Shown piece by piece: positions 1 through 10,962 of a stretch of 17,935 nt of DNA; positions within the stretch are counted from its first letter, which is position 1; each line of letters begins with the position of its first letter. The notes under the pieces are model-generated. The model ran no database searches and was not told where the DNA came from. It worked only from the letters and a program-made list of their open reading frames with translations. A program made the translations under genes and the position numbers. Source of the stretch: Tubiluchus corallicola (lineage: Eukaryota > Animalia > Priapulida); the NCBI GenBank assembly GCA_030141605.1, contig JAQGDQ010002010.1, positions 1-17,935 on the forward strand, in the 5' to 3' direction.

Positions 1-879
1 ATAAAATTTTGGTTGGAAAAATTCAAGAGGAAATCTGGCCTTTCTTGATGCAGCTTCATTGATCTTCAAATTCAAAACTTTCCATCAAAGAACTGAATAA
101 TTTCTTGGCAAGTAAAATACTCTTACTAACTCAGCTCTCACTCAGCCCAAAAAATGAATTCACAGTTTTTTGTTTGGTAGCTAAGGCTGTAATCACTATA
201 CCAGAGCCAATGCTCTAGAACAGCAAATTATTATGGGTACTAGCTTGTTCCTAATTATGGTCTCGAATAAATAGCTGAAAAAAAAGAATAGGGAAAGACA
301 AGAATTGGAAGACATTAGGAAAAATTAGGTTTTAAGGGAGAGGTCCCCAAACTTTTTAGCCCATTGACTCTTTCATGGAATCTTTGATTTCTTATCAACC
401 CCCAGGCATGTACAAAAAATAAATATGAATAATAATTAAGTGGACGCGCAGTTTCCATGTACATCAGTAAGGGAAGCTTCATAACAAGCCCTGTGAAAAT
501 GTTGTTCTGTATCCCCTTTCCTGGTGAATATCCCATCCCCCCTAAAATATCCTAAAATAATTAAGCTCTTGGTATCATGGTAAAGACATAGTTTAAGTCA
601 CATCTACAACAAAAAATGGTTTGATTTGCCATCTCCCTAATGGTTGGTGGTCTGATGCAGCAGTTAATAGTTTGGTAGAGGGCACCTACTGTAGAAACAC
701 ACAGCAGAAGGTGGCACTTAAATTTTAAATTCTCCAACAATGGATTCCATATTAATTACAAATGTCTTCATTTTCTGGAACCGGGTAGAAGCGTCAGGCT
801 CGGGTGATAAATAATGCGGGTAATTATTTGGGTACCTAATGGAAACACTAATAATAACGATTATCAAGAAACTACAAAC

Positions 880-961
880 GGCCCCTTCATTCATCGATTC
901 CTTGGATAGTCTTATTGACTCCCACTTCGGTGGTGGATATCCACCATTTTGGAGACTCCTG
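880..961. mobile_element. Terminus of a hAT (Charlie-like) DNA transposon remnant
   Basis: Ends in TTTTGGAGACTCCTG (reverse complement CAGGAGTCTCCAAAA, resembling the CAGGGGTCYCCAAA Charlie-type TIR). It is directly followed by ATCTAGAG, matching the NTCTAGAN Charlie target preference. A perfect 16-bp subterminal palindrome TGGTGGATATCCACCA lies at 931-946. The other end was not securely found (candidate GAGAGGTCCCCAAA at 338, no matching TSD). Confidence 0.55.
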
Positions 962-1354
962 ATCTAGAGTTTTGTGCCAGATTACCAGAAAACTTTCTTA
1001 CCAAAAGCCATAACATAAAACATGTGTAATATAACTGTCCCAACTTGGCCTAAAGTTAACATGATCACAAGATAATTTATACATACTTACAAATAGCTTG
1101 TGACTGTTCAGGTAATGCCACTGACTGCTCTAGCACACAGATGGCTTGTTAGAGTTATATCTGGATGTGCTGGTTGGTAATGGCAGCAGCCAGTAGTAAA
1201 TGAAGCTGGAGAGGGAGAACAGAGATCTTCTGTAGCATGGTACATTAACAGGTAGGTTAAGTTATAGCATACCATTCAAAAACCTTGAAATTTGAAGAAA
1301 ATAAATATTTCTCAACAAATAGAATTGTGGACTGATGAAAAAATTGTGGTAAGT

Positions 1355-1509
1355 CATTGTGGGTTGCACGACTCTGCATCATTTCAAATTAATAGAGCAT
1401 TGGGAGTAATACAACGTAATCTAGGGGGACATAGTAGAAATGTCTACGCTGTGTAGCATACAAGATTCTAGTAAGGCCCAAACTCAAATATTGTTATATA
1501 GTAGGGATC
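1355..1509 (+). mobile_element. Degenerate non-LTR retrotransposon (CR1/L2-group) ORF2 C-terminal fragment, part 1
   Basis: Manual translation from 1391 gives NRALGVIQRNL...(frameshift) AYKILVRPKLKYCYIV, matching the post-RT LINE motif ANRxLGxIxRxL...AYKxLVRPxLEY...VWxP. Confidence 0.8.
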
Positions 1510-2648
1510 GGTGCCAAAAAAATCATACTCAATAAAGCGGGGATGGAAAATCTTACCGGACTGGCAGACGTAGTTTATGGGACACTTCTGGCAGAGCAGA
1601 GGGACACAAATTTTTTTAAAGTACTTTTCTCAAAACTTAATAGAAAAAACTTTTGATGTTTTCTTCTCTTTATTAATAAAAAGGCTCTACATTCTAATAC
1701 TCATCAAGGTTACAAAGTAATTATTACTTGAAGTAACATTTTTCCACAAGCCTGCATACGTTGCAATTTGTTTCAAAATCATACTCAAAAACTTGCCAGT
1801 AGGCCAGCAGACAGAACATGCAGGTGTAATGTTGTGCCTAATAATTATGCAATAACTGAACTATTATAGCAGCGATTTCGTTTGTTCTATAAATGGGCTT
1901 GCTGTTATAAAGATAAGGTATGTTGATTTTTGTAACAGCACAGCTAGCCTTCCAAGCCCTAAAAATTAGAAACACTAAAATTTAACTATATAATAATTCA
2001 AACTTAAAAGTGTTATCTTACGACTCATTGATTTGTGGTTGGTTTCAAATTATACTATTACAGTTACCCTAGCGACGGGCCTTGCCACCCAGTCACCAAC
2101 CAGTACACATGTGCTAATATTTTAAGAACTTCACCGTTTAATTCCTTTATGACACTCAAAAATACATCCTACAGTAATCAGTAGTTAAGCATCATCAGAC
2201 ATAAGAAGTGCCTAGATGGGTGAGATATTTTGCAGAATTATTGTTTCAAGCTCAATCCTGTTGAAGTGATATAAACAATAAGCCAAGCAACAAATCAATA
2301 GGTCCTTTTTTACTATAGTTCTAAGAAATTTTGTGGAACAGAACCTAACATATGGCAAAATTACCTTGCTAAGCATCACGGTTTTAAATCACTTAATTCC
2401 AAATGTGCTTGGTGTGTATATAGACTACTAATTAATACTATGAGTGAGTGTATAACAAAGAGTAAAATAATGTCTGAATACAGCAGCTGTATTACCGATG
2501 GGAGTACACGTAAGTGTTGAAAATTCTAATAAAATTGACATTTTAGAAGGCAATATTTTCAAATATTTCGTGGCCATTTCCTGCAACACCCCCCACCCCA
2601 CCCCCCCGTGCAGCTATGTCGATACTAAATGCATAAACACCTTGGCTT

Positions 2649-3130
2649 GATCCCCACCACTGACGACAAGGTTGGGAGAGCAGCAGCAAAATTTGTAATG
2701 GTAAACTGTGGAAGAACACATAGTGTGACAGGAGTGCTGCAACAGCTACTCTGCAATTACGAAGGAAGCTAGCTCAGTTGAGTTTATTTTATAGCACTGT
2801 GCATGGACTGAAGACAGTCAACTTAGTAATCTCACCAAATAATATAAAACCTAGTAAGCAGAGAGGTAAGACACACAATCCAGCCTATATGCTAGAGCAG
2901 TGTGATACTGAGAACTACAAAACTACATCATTGAATGGAACGGTTTACCAAGAAATAAACAATCGGCAGTGTACTTCGGATTTTTCTTGAAGGTACCATT
3001 CAGAGATATGCCGGTGTCTCTATTTGTATTACTTTTGGTTTCCCAGGAGGATTTACAGGATTTTCTTGCACTATAGAGGTATTGTATATCAATTCACATG
3101 TCCCTGCACGTAAGTGTGCAGATTGGTCAA
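2649..3130 (+). mobile_element. Degenerate non-LTR retrotransposon ORF2 C-terminus and probable 3' UTR, part 2
   Basis: Across frameshifts it reads DPHH...RAAAKFVMVNCGRTHSVTGVLQQL / TLQLRRKLAQLSLFYSTVHGL...CDTENYK / IIEWNGLP (2927-2950). This matches the LINE motifs QRRAARFV..SVTxML..L..RR...L..FYKIVHGL and RTIxEWNxLP. The supplied ORF 2778-2990 is a piece of it. A small hairpin CTGCAC..GTGCAG at 3104-3121 may be the 3' stem-loop. The 3' boundary is approximate. Confidence 0.8.
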
Positions 3131-4184
3131 CTACTGACCCAACAAGGGCAAAAATCAAAATTGGGTATCAAAGGAAAAAATGTTTTCTGTATCCAGCAAC
3201 ATTAAGTCGCCGTGCATTAAATGAAAGGTCTCGATAAGACAAATTGAGTGGTAGGTATGTCATGATATATCCACATTGGTTGATCTAGGTCAAAACTGAC
3301 AAGTTCCAATATTAATGTTTTGCGGTATAGCAAATTAAAGGATTCAAGGAGACAATTGAATGATGTATGCTGACCATGATTAGTTGATGCTTCACTCACA
3401 GTCCTTCGCAGGTCAAAAATAGAATATAAGTTCTGATGTCACTAAAATAAAATGCAATTCCCATGTGGTTAATTCAATGGAGACAATATTACGACCTTCA
3501 AGGTATTGACCTTTGGGTCATAGATAGGTGAAAAGATTGGGTGATTTCGATTTCACTGAAACTATTACAATCAAGCACCATAGTGCAGTCACAACCTATG
3601 CAATATACACACAATACACTATCACTTGAATTGACCTTCATTTGAGAAATCAGAAAAAACTCTGCAGCTTATTTGCCTGTGGCTTTACAATTAAACTAGT
3701 ATTACAGAAATGATTCTAAATTAATGAATTATCATCATCATACGCCCATTATGTAAATTGTAGACATTGGGCAGGCAGAATTCTAAAATAAAAGAAATCC
3801 GCCCTCAAGACAGGTGTGGTGTTTTTGCCTTGGTTAAAACCCACTTAACCTTTGCTACAATAAATGATGCCTTCGCTGGGAGCAGACACGCCTGTTTACG
3901 AAAACTAACTATACAACCCGCCGATAGAAGGCGCGCAACAAGGAAATCACGCCAATTGAGAGCCGTTGGGATGCTCGATATACAAATTAATTTACCGAAG
4001 ATTATTTTTAGTAGAGCTTAAACAATTGTTATTATTTGTTAGCTGCAAAATAATTAGAAGAAAGTAGATGACAAAGTAAACTGTAAAATAAGCAATTTAG
4101 TAGCTTATTAAGAAAATGCCAATGAAAATAAGTAGCAGTTGCTTGAAACCCTCATTTCACATGCAGTATGGTATTACCTGGCAA

Positions 4185-4195
4185 TGCGCATGCGC
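4185..4195. promoter_or_regulatory. NRF-1/EWG-type binding motif
   Basis: TGCGCATGCGC (palindromic core GCGCATGCGC) in a locally CpG-richer stretch (~3780-4260) of otherwise CpG-poor DNA. No linked gene was identified. Confidence 0.35.
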
Positions 4196-5153
4196 TGAGC
4201 ACCGCGTTTGTGAATAAAGCAAGTGTTTTAGCCGAGATCAACGTATTCACTGCCCTGCTGAGAGGAAACCAGAGAAAAACAAAAACCTGCAGTAAAGTGA
4301 GAAATTAAAACTCAAACTTCCAAGTTGAAGGATGAAATAACTCAAATTGCCACAGTCACATGAACTTGTGACTGAATTAAGGCACAGATGTACAAATATT
4401 TATCTGATAAATTGAACAACCCACTTCATTCTGAAATAGAATGAAACAACCTTAAATTAACAATGTGTCAATTTCAATACTCAGCTTTAAGTTTGCTCCG
4501 AATAATAAAGTTGAAGTCATCAACTTATATATTGAAATGTTTGCTCCTGCTATCACTTTATTGACTATTGTCGAGTATTGTATCTAATTTATGATTAGAA
4601 AATAAACTGGTTAAACTTAATTTCTTTGTTCGCATTTTCTTTCCACACGTTCAATTTAATCCAATTTGGTACACATATGCAGAAATGGATCCAAACTTTA
4701 CACCTACACTATTATTTTAGTGAGGTTAATGTACTGTGGCGCACACAATTCATTTCCCTACACAACGAAAAGATTAATAATTCCAAACAGTGCACATTAC
4801 ACAGGTAAACACAGCATTAATCTAGCAAAAAACTCGACACTGCTATGCCAGTGACTTGTCAGCATAAACATAAAAAACACGTGAAATATATTACGCACCA
4901 AAGGGCGCAGACATCTTTGCTTTCCCAGAATGCCAAATAGCAAATTACAGTATTTGCAAAATCAAGGATAGGACAAAAGCCCATGTATCACACGATCAAT
5001 CATCAATATAGTTCAATAAATTTATTTATTTCTTTATTGACTTTGAACGAAAATTCAACGATCTGGCAACAATAGAATTAACTTTTTGCTACACATCTTC
5101 TGATAACGTGGATTCCATAACTGTAAACAAACTAGAAAATATAGACTAATCGA

Positions 5154-5514
5154 TAGGGGTGAGCAATCTCTACCAGAGAATGAATTCGAATCGAACTTAA
5201 CTTCACTATTTCGAATTTGAATAATCGAATAAATTCGAAAGATTTTCGAACCACCAGTAAAATTTAGTCTTGCATAGTTCATGCATATTACTTGATTTTG
5301 TTCTACCAATAAAACTCTAATAATTTGTTTAAAATTGTGCACAGAAATCAAAGCTAAATTATGCTAATTGCATGATATTTCAATCGCTTTAATGATAAAT
5401 GAATGTATGGGATCGAAGTTCGAATCTATAATTTTAGGTTCAAATCGAATTCGAACTAAAATAGCTTCTTCGAATTCGATTCGAATGTTCGAACTGGAAG
5501 GTTTGATGCTCCTA
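5154..5514. mobile_element. hAT-type MITE with TTCGAA subterminal repeats
   Basis: Begins TAGGGGTGAGCA and ends TGCTCCTA (degenerate TIR). Flanked by an 8-bp direct repeat CTAATCGA (5146-5153) / CTAATCAA (5515-5522). Dense TCGAA/TTCGAA clusters lie near both ends. Confidence 0.7.
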
Positions 5515-5955
5515 CTAATCAATTAAGTAATTATAGTAACATTAACAAGAGGTCTTTATATATTTCTAAGATGTACTCACAATCATGTATAAAAAACTTG
5601 TATAATTACTTTTTTAACTGATTCACACACTGCTGATTTCAGATTTTATTATATTGTGAGGGTCTTCGAATTTATTTTATATGAATTATTAACTTATATT
5701 TCATTCAAGATTTTCAAATCGGCAATGTATAACATTTGCCAACAGTAAACAGCACTTCCCAATCATTGCTCACTCCCATAATGGTTAGATATTATTCTAT
5801 GAAATTGGTGACATTGTTAAAGAGTATTTAGACTGCAAATTACCTCTTTGTCAGCATCATCAACAAAAATAATGAAAAACAAAACCCCAAGCAATAGTCC
5901 CTGTAGACCACCACTTTCAGTTTCAGATGACGATTTTTAATTAATAACTATTTCA

Positions 5956-6047
<92 letters not shown>

Positions 6048-6107
6048 CATTATTATTATTATTATTATTATTATCATTATTATTATTACTACTATTGTTA
6101 TTATTAC
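5956..6107. repeat. (ATT)n microsatellite, ~50 units, degenerating at the right end
   Basis: Directly visible; explains the poly-Ile ORF 5937-6131. Confidence 0.99.
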
Positions 6108-6304
6108 TGATGTCGGTATAGGATTTGACATCGATAAAACTTAGTATTAGTGCAATGTACGGACTTCGTCTGTGTATAAGTGCTCATGACTGGGGCTGAC
6201 TCTCACAATCATCTGTATCACGCAGGCAGTAGTTATAATGTTGAATTACTTGTGGTGTCTTAGTCTTCTTGTGTTTAATAGTCTATGGCTATAACTGTCT
6301 GTTG

Positions 6305-6948
6305 CGGTGTTGTCTGAGCCCGAAAAAAATCAATGTGAACCGAACCGAATCAATACCAAACCGGCACCGATTTTTTGATTCCTCGAAAACAGACACTAAA
6401 ATAATAATGATATTTTTATTTTCCTTGAAACTGATATCGAACCAATACTGATCCCGTGTTTTTGAAAATCAGTATTGATTTCCTAGAAACCGATACTGAT
6501 TAACTGATCAGTAATCATCCGAAGATTAAGATGGCTAGGACATCTTCTAATATTACCAAATGAAGCACCAGCAAGAATCGCCTAAAAGGAAGCCTTAAAA
6601 CCTTGCGAAAAACCATCTGGTAAACATGAAACAACTTGGATAGCGAAGTGTCTTTCAAATTTGAGATGCTTACCTATCTTTATATTTAACCCTTCTTGCG
6701 GCTACTGCTGCAAGCTCGAATAACGTGTTATATTATTAAATTATCAAGTAATTATGCAATGGGAAACATTCACAATTTGTTCTGAAATGTGTAAACACGA
6801 CATCAGTGTTGTTCTGAAGAAATGCCAATTTTTTTGCTTTGTTAGAAACAGATACTGACCGTTACTAATTATTTTATTTTCCTCGAAACCGATACTGAAC
6901 TGATACCGAAACCGAAAAATCTGCAATCAATCTATTGGAACAACACTG
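6305..6948. mobile_element. hAT-type MITE (644 bp) with AAACCGATACT subterminal repeats
   Basis: Left end CGGTGTTGT and right end ACAACACTG (rc CAGTGTTGT). 8-bp TSD GTCTGTTG (6297-6304) / GTCTTTTG (6949-6956), 7/8 identical. Repeated ACCGA / GAAACCGATACTGA motifs at 6340-6510 and 6845-6915. An extra TIR-like CAGTGTTGTTCTGA lies internally at 6804. Confidence 0.8.
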
Positions 6949-9460
6949 GTCTTTTGTTGCAGCTACTATAAATAATATACTTTGTCGTTTTTTTCTTTTA
7001 ATAACTGTGCTTAATTTGTGACTGTATTATGAATATGAATGATTATTATAATTCATATATATTACTTATATGAATAGTTGTTTTGTAAAAAATTTGCATA
7101 TTTATTTTTTTCTGCTACTTTTTACATTTTCGACTGAATTATCTTAGTACACAGTGGTTAGCTGAATTAATTGCATTTTAGAGGTTAAATCCTCCTAAGA
7201 AATAAATGTTGATAAAACCTAGTTTTTCTTTTGGGGGCTATTGTTATCTTTCCGAACCAGAATCATTAGCATATGTCGACAAATGTTTTCAAAATCTAGT
7301 AAACCTTGCCAATCATAAACTTAAATCAAGCAAAAATTTGGATTGCTGGCTTTCTTTGAACAAAACGAAATCCTAATGACCAATTTTGTGATCAGCCAAT
7401 TATACAAGAACGCACTATAATAATAATAATAAACAGTACTGTTTTTCGGTGTCATTTCTAAGTTTTATAAATTAATGCAGCAGTCATGGAGACTGCGTGA
7501 AATGTTTTTTTATGTCATTTCAAGTTGTTTTATTTTATTTTGCAGTAATTGCGCTCAGTTATGCTGCCGATGCACGTTTTTTGTTTCCACTTTTCTTTCC
7601 CGTTTCCGTCAATGGGGAAGTTGGCAATGCGGCTTTTTAACACATAATTTGTTACTGCACCTTTTCGTGAAAAATTTGATTTTTAAGACTTAAGGTAATG
7701 CTCTGCTTTCAAAATGTTATTGTTCTCCATTAAGTATTTTGCTCAAAAAGCTATTCTAAACACATTAATTTATTGTTTTTTCACCGTCCCTACGCATAAT
7801 TTTAGTGACAACTAAACTGTGGATACACACAAGACTAAACCGCATAGCTGGTCGCCCAAATTTGTAATAAATAGTTTGTATAAAATTAACACCGGCATCT
7901 CTTTACCTTGGATTACTTGAATATCAATTTTCGGTTTACCAAATAGCAGGTTTAGCTCAAGCGTTATTTCTCATTTTTTAAAATAATTTTAAATCGTTCC
8001 TTAATAATAAAATTAAGTTAATCTATAGGGCCATTCACAAAAATTTTTGTTCCTGTCTTACCTTTTGAATTAAAAAATATCAATAAGGAAAGAGAAAAAA
8101 TTTTGTAGCTGTGCGAATTTTAAAAGTGATACACGGAATATTTAAATTCATTTCTAAAAGTAAAACTAAAACATCATTAAATTCGTATTTTATTACATGT
8201 ACACTCATATCTCGGTTTGCCAAATAAAAGTGGGGAGACGTCGGTCTGAATTTGCTGATTGTCAGTATTTACCGATACTGAGTTAATACAGTAGGCGCCG
8301 TGTATTAGACTCACGGTAATGTAGAATCAATCACCTAATTGTCTCTAGTACGCGCCGCTTTTATGCAAAAGTATATAAAAACTGTCGGCAGTTGACTCAA
8401 ATAACTCCACATAATTGACTCTATTTTTATATGCAGTAGCTGTAGCAGTAGCAGTAGTAATAAATATAACTTTTGCGATAAATAATTTTTCCATTGAAAT
8501 TGCAACAAATTCAAAATATATTTGATTATCATCAACAGCTAGGTGGCTCCACTGACAGGTTTTCTTACTATAATGTGTAATCTGACATGTAATATAGAGA
8601 TATACACGTGGTTACACTGGTGTAGTGATGTAAACGAAGTGACGGCCTGCCAGCTAGCTGTCAGCATTCGAAGCAATGGACTGTGTCCTTAGTATGCGCG
8701 ACTTTTTAACTATCCAGATTTTCCGATTCTTCCAATATCTGTAAAAGCGAGATATGAGTGTACTAAAGTTTACTGAAAATTACACAATAAATTAAAATAG
8801 CTGTAATTTGAAAACAGATTCATTTTTTGTATTATTTCACTTAACAGCTTAACAGAGGTACCAAGTTTAAATACCGAATGGGGCTGATTGACAATGAATT
8901 TTGTACTTGTGGTCAAACATCTCAAATCTCGAAATGTCTAATATATGAAGAAGTGATAAATGTGCATTTGAAATATATATTAGTATTGTTTGTGAATTAA
9001 TTAGAATGGAATGATCAGCAATTAATCAAGATTCCAAATTATACGTAGTAACAGTATTCATTGTCAGATGTTATTATCGTGTCTATAACAAACAACTTAG
9101 GAAAGTAACACTTAAAAATGCCAATTGTAATTGGATATTTGCAATTAGGCTAAGTCTACATTGTTATGGGCCTATTTGCAAAAAGCAAAATCTAGTCAAA
9201 TGTAATTAATGCTTGAAACTGTAAACGTTATTGTAACCTTTTTTGTATTTCAACGTTAATATATATTGTGATGTGTAAATAAGCTTAATCTCTAACATTT
9301 AGGTAAATTTCGTGATTGTGCCTTGTAAATAGAGTTTGGATTGCACAGTTGTATTATGTGTTTTCTGAGTAAGTTAGAGTTATAATAATAATAAAAAACC
9401 TATTAGAATAACCACAGCAATCAATATATACAAGCTGACCACCATATTTACTAATTAATG

Positions 9461-10623
9461 CCATGGCACTCTAGAGAGGTTGGTGCTACTAAACCAGTGC
9501 CTTGAAAACTTATAAAAATTTATAAGAGAAATATATCATTCCATCACCATGTATTATGGCTAGGTGTTTAAAAGCACTGATGCACGGAGTACAGTGATTG
9601 CATTATCCAAGTGGCAAAATTTTAAGTAGCAAAATTATGATTTTTGTAAGCACTTTCTTAAACTTGTTTGGCTATATAGTATAATTGCAGCTTGCTTACT
9701 GTGCTAGCATGTTGCATTTACCCAATCATCTATGTTACTCATGACTGCGATGATTCTAAAGACCTGTTCTAGCCTTCTTTGAATGAAGGTGCAAGTAGTC
9801 AAACATGTTGTAACCACTGATCACAGTACGCAAATGGTTATTTTGTTACTGGCTTCATACAGTAACTGTTAGTGTCTCAGTTTCTGTGAAAAAATAGATT
9901 TCTTTTAAATAGAATAAAGTGCTGTATAACAATTATTTATTAGAACAAAAAATTTTGAATCCAATATAATAAACATGATTTTTCAATAGCTGAAATGCTT
10001 TTACGATTTCTATCGCATATTTCATTAGTCGAATTTAACCTCGATGCTGTACTGTTAAGTGTTTCAGCAAATATTTTCGTAATATCATTTTTTTACCCGG
10101 TTGTTTCACAGATGCAAGCATCGCCTGTTCTTTTCACAAAAGACATTAATACAGAACACATGCAGCTGCTGTTACTCTGATCACTCAAATGCCAAAAGTT
10201 AGCTGTAGAGAAACATGGCTTTGCCCTCGCCGAAACAGCGTTGTTATGATTATTTTTGTGTTTTATGTTTTAAATTGAAAAAATATCGCTTTTATATGAC
10301 TACGCCAGGTAAGTATAAGAATGCACAAAAAAATTATAAAATTCCTGATGGGGTGTCCTATGACAAAAAAATTATCTTGCGATTAGACGGAAACAGAAGT
10401 ATTTTTATTGTTGGCCTAGTAAGCAGCAGTAAAGTAAAGCGCTAGGCCAGCTACGTTAGTGTAAACAACTAAAGATATTTTTAAGTTTATTTGCAAAGTT
10501 ATTTTTAAGAAGTTCACTCTTACTCTTAGTGTGGAAAAAGGAATTGAACCATAGATAATGGATGAAAATTCAGACAAGGATTAAAAATCTACAGGATGGA
10601 TGTAATGTAGTGTAGGAAAACTC
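9461..10623 (+). repeat. Left arm (1163 bp) of a long inverted repeat
   Basis: Reverse complement of 11226-12385. Mirror ORFs are identical (9995-10180 = 11669-11854; 10215-10445 = 11404-11634). A constant register (position sum 21849) holds from 9667 to 10623. Three 1-bp indels and a few substitutions occur only in the outer ~205 bp. Confidence 0.98.
10300..10316 (+). promoter_or_regulatory. Perfect-consensus 5' splice donor (CAG|GTAAGTAT, intron start 10309), putative end of a 5' UTR exon
   Basis: CTACGCCAG|GTAAGTAT. It can pair with the acceptor TGTGCTTTACAG ending at 10754 to give a 446-nt intron. A mirror copy lies on the minus strand at 11533-11549. Confidence 0.55.
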
Positions 10624-10785
10624 ACAAAAATGAATAAACACATTAGGAGGTTAATCACAAGTAGCACAATAGTTTTGCTATTAAATGTCCTCTTAAGCAT
10701 CATATGAAATTATGTGATCTCATTATCAATTATATAGTAGTATGTGCTTTACAGTGGCTAGCCAGGTCTTTCTTCAACAAATGGG

Positions 10786-10962
10786 ATGGAGAGCTGTAAG
10801 TCACATTTTATCTTACTAATGGCAGTCGCTGTGATTTTCTTTCTGATATTACTGGTAGTTCCTGTTACCGTAGCAACTGATAAAGACCTAAACATTGAAC
10901 CTAAAAAGGCATCTTTGGAATATCCGCCAAAGGAAACCGGAGCTGAGGTAAATAACAAATGA
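10786..10962 (+). CDS. First coding exon / short ORF of a small secreted (or N-terminally anchored) protein, family unknown
   Basis: The 58-codon ORF is below the ORF-track cutoff: MESCKSHFILLMAVAVIFFLILLVVPVTVA-TDKDLNIEPKKASLEYPPKETGAEVNNK*. It has a short n-region, a long hydrophobic h-region, a Pro turn, small residues T-V-A at -3..-1 and a charged tail. An acceptor lies upstream (AG at 10753-10754), an in-frame stop at 10759-10761 precedes the ATG, and a phase-0 donor GAG|GTAAAT lies at 10947/10948. Confidence 0.65.
   Translation: MESCKSHFILLMAVAVIFFLILLVVPVTVATDKDLNIEPKKASLEYPPKETGAEVNNK

Noticed and set aside
1085-1250. Possible minus-strand exon ending at a GTAAGT donor (1090)
   Set aside because: All three frames contain stops before the donor and no protein is recognisable; at most a non-coding exon.
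1332-1360. Other CTGATGA motifs (1332, about 2192 on minus, about 16717) as hammerheads
   Set aside because: No stem II followed by GAAA downstream.
2990-3080. Titin/FN3-like NPVNPPGKPKV on the minus strand and EGF-like GFTGFSC on the plus strand
   Set aside because: Short matches in the probable LINE 3' UTR; the minus frame stops soon after and neither has the rest of the domain.
5937-6131. Poly-Ile ORF (and likewise 16844-17242)
   Set aside because: Translation of the ATT/AAT microsatellites.
7690-8004. TTAA-flanked element (TTAAGG ... CCTTAA), Kolobok/piggyBac-like
   Set aside because: The inverted match does not extend beyond a few bases, and TTAA is frequent in this AT-rich DNA.
9995-10445. 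Duplicated ORFs of 61 and 76 aa in the arms
   Set aside because: Their identity simply reflects the inverted repeat. Composition is typical of AT-rich non-coding DNA, and the 76-aa ORF runs through a consensus splice donor.
10758-10958. 66-aa minus-strand ORF in the loop
   Set aside because: Non-ATG start and no recognisable features; best explained as the antisense shadow of the plus-strand signal-peptide ORF.
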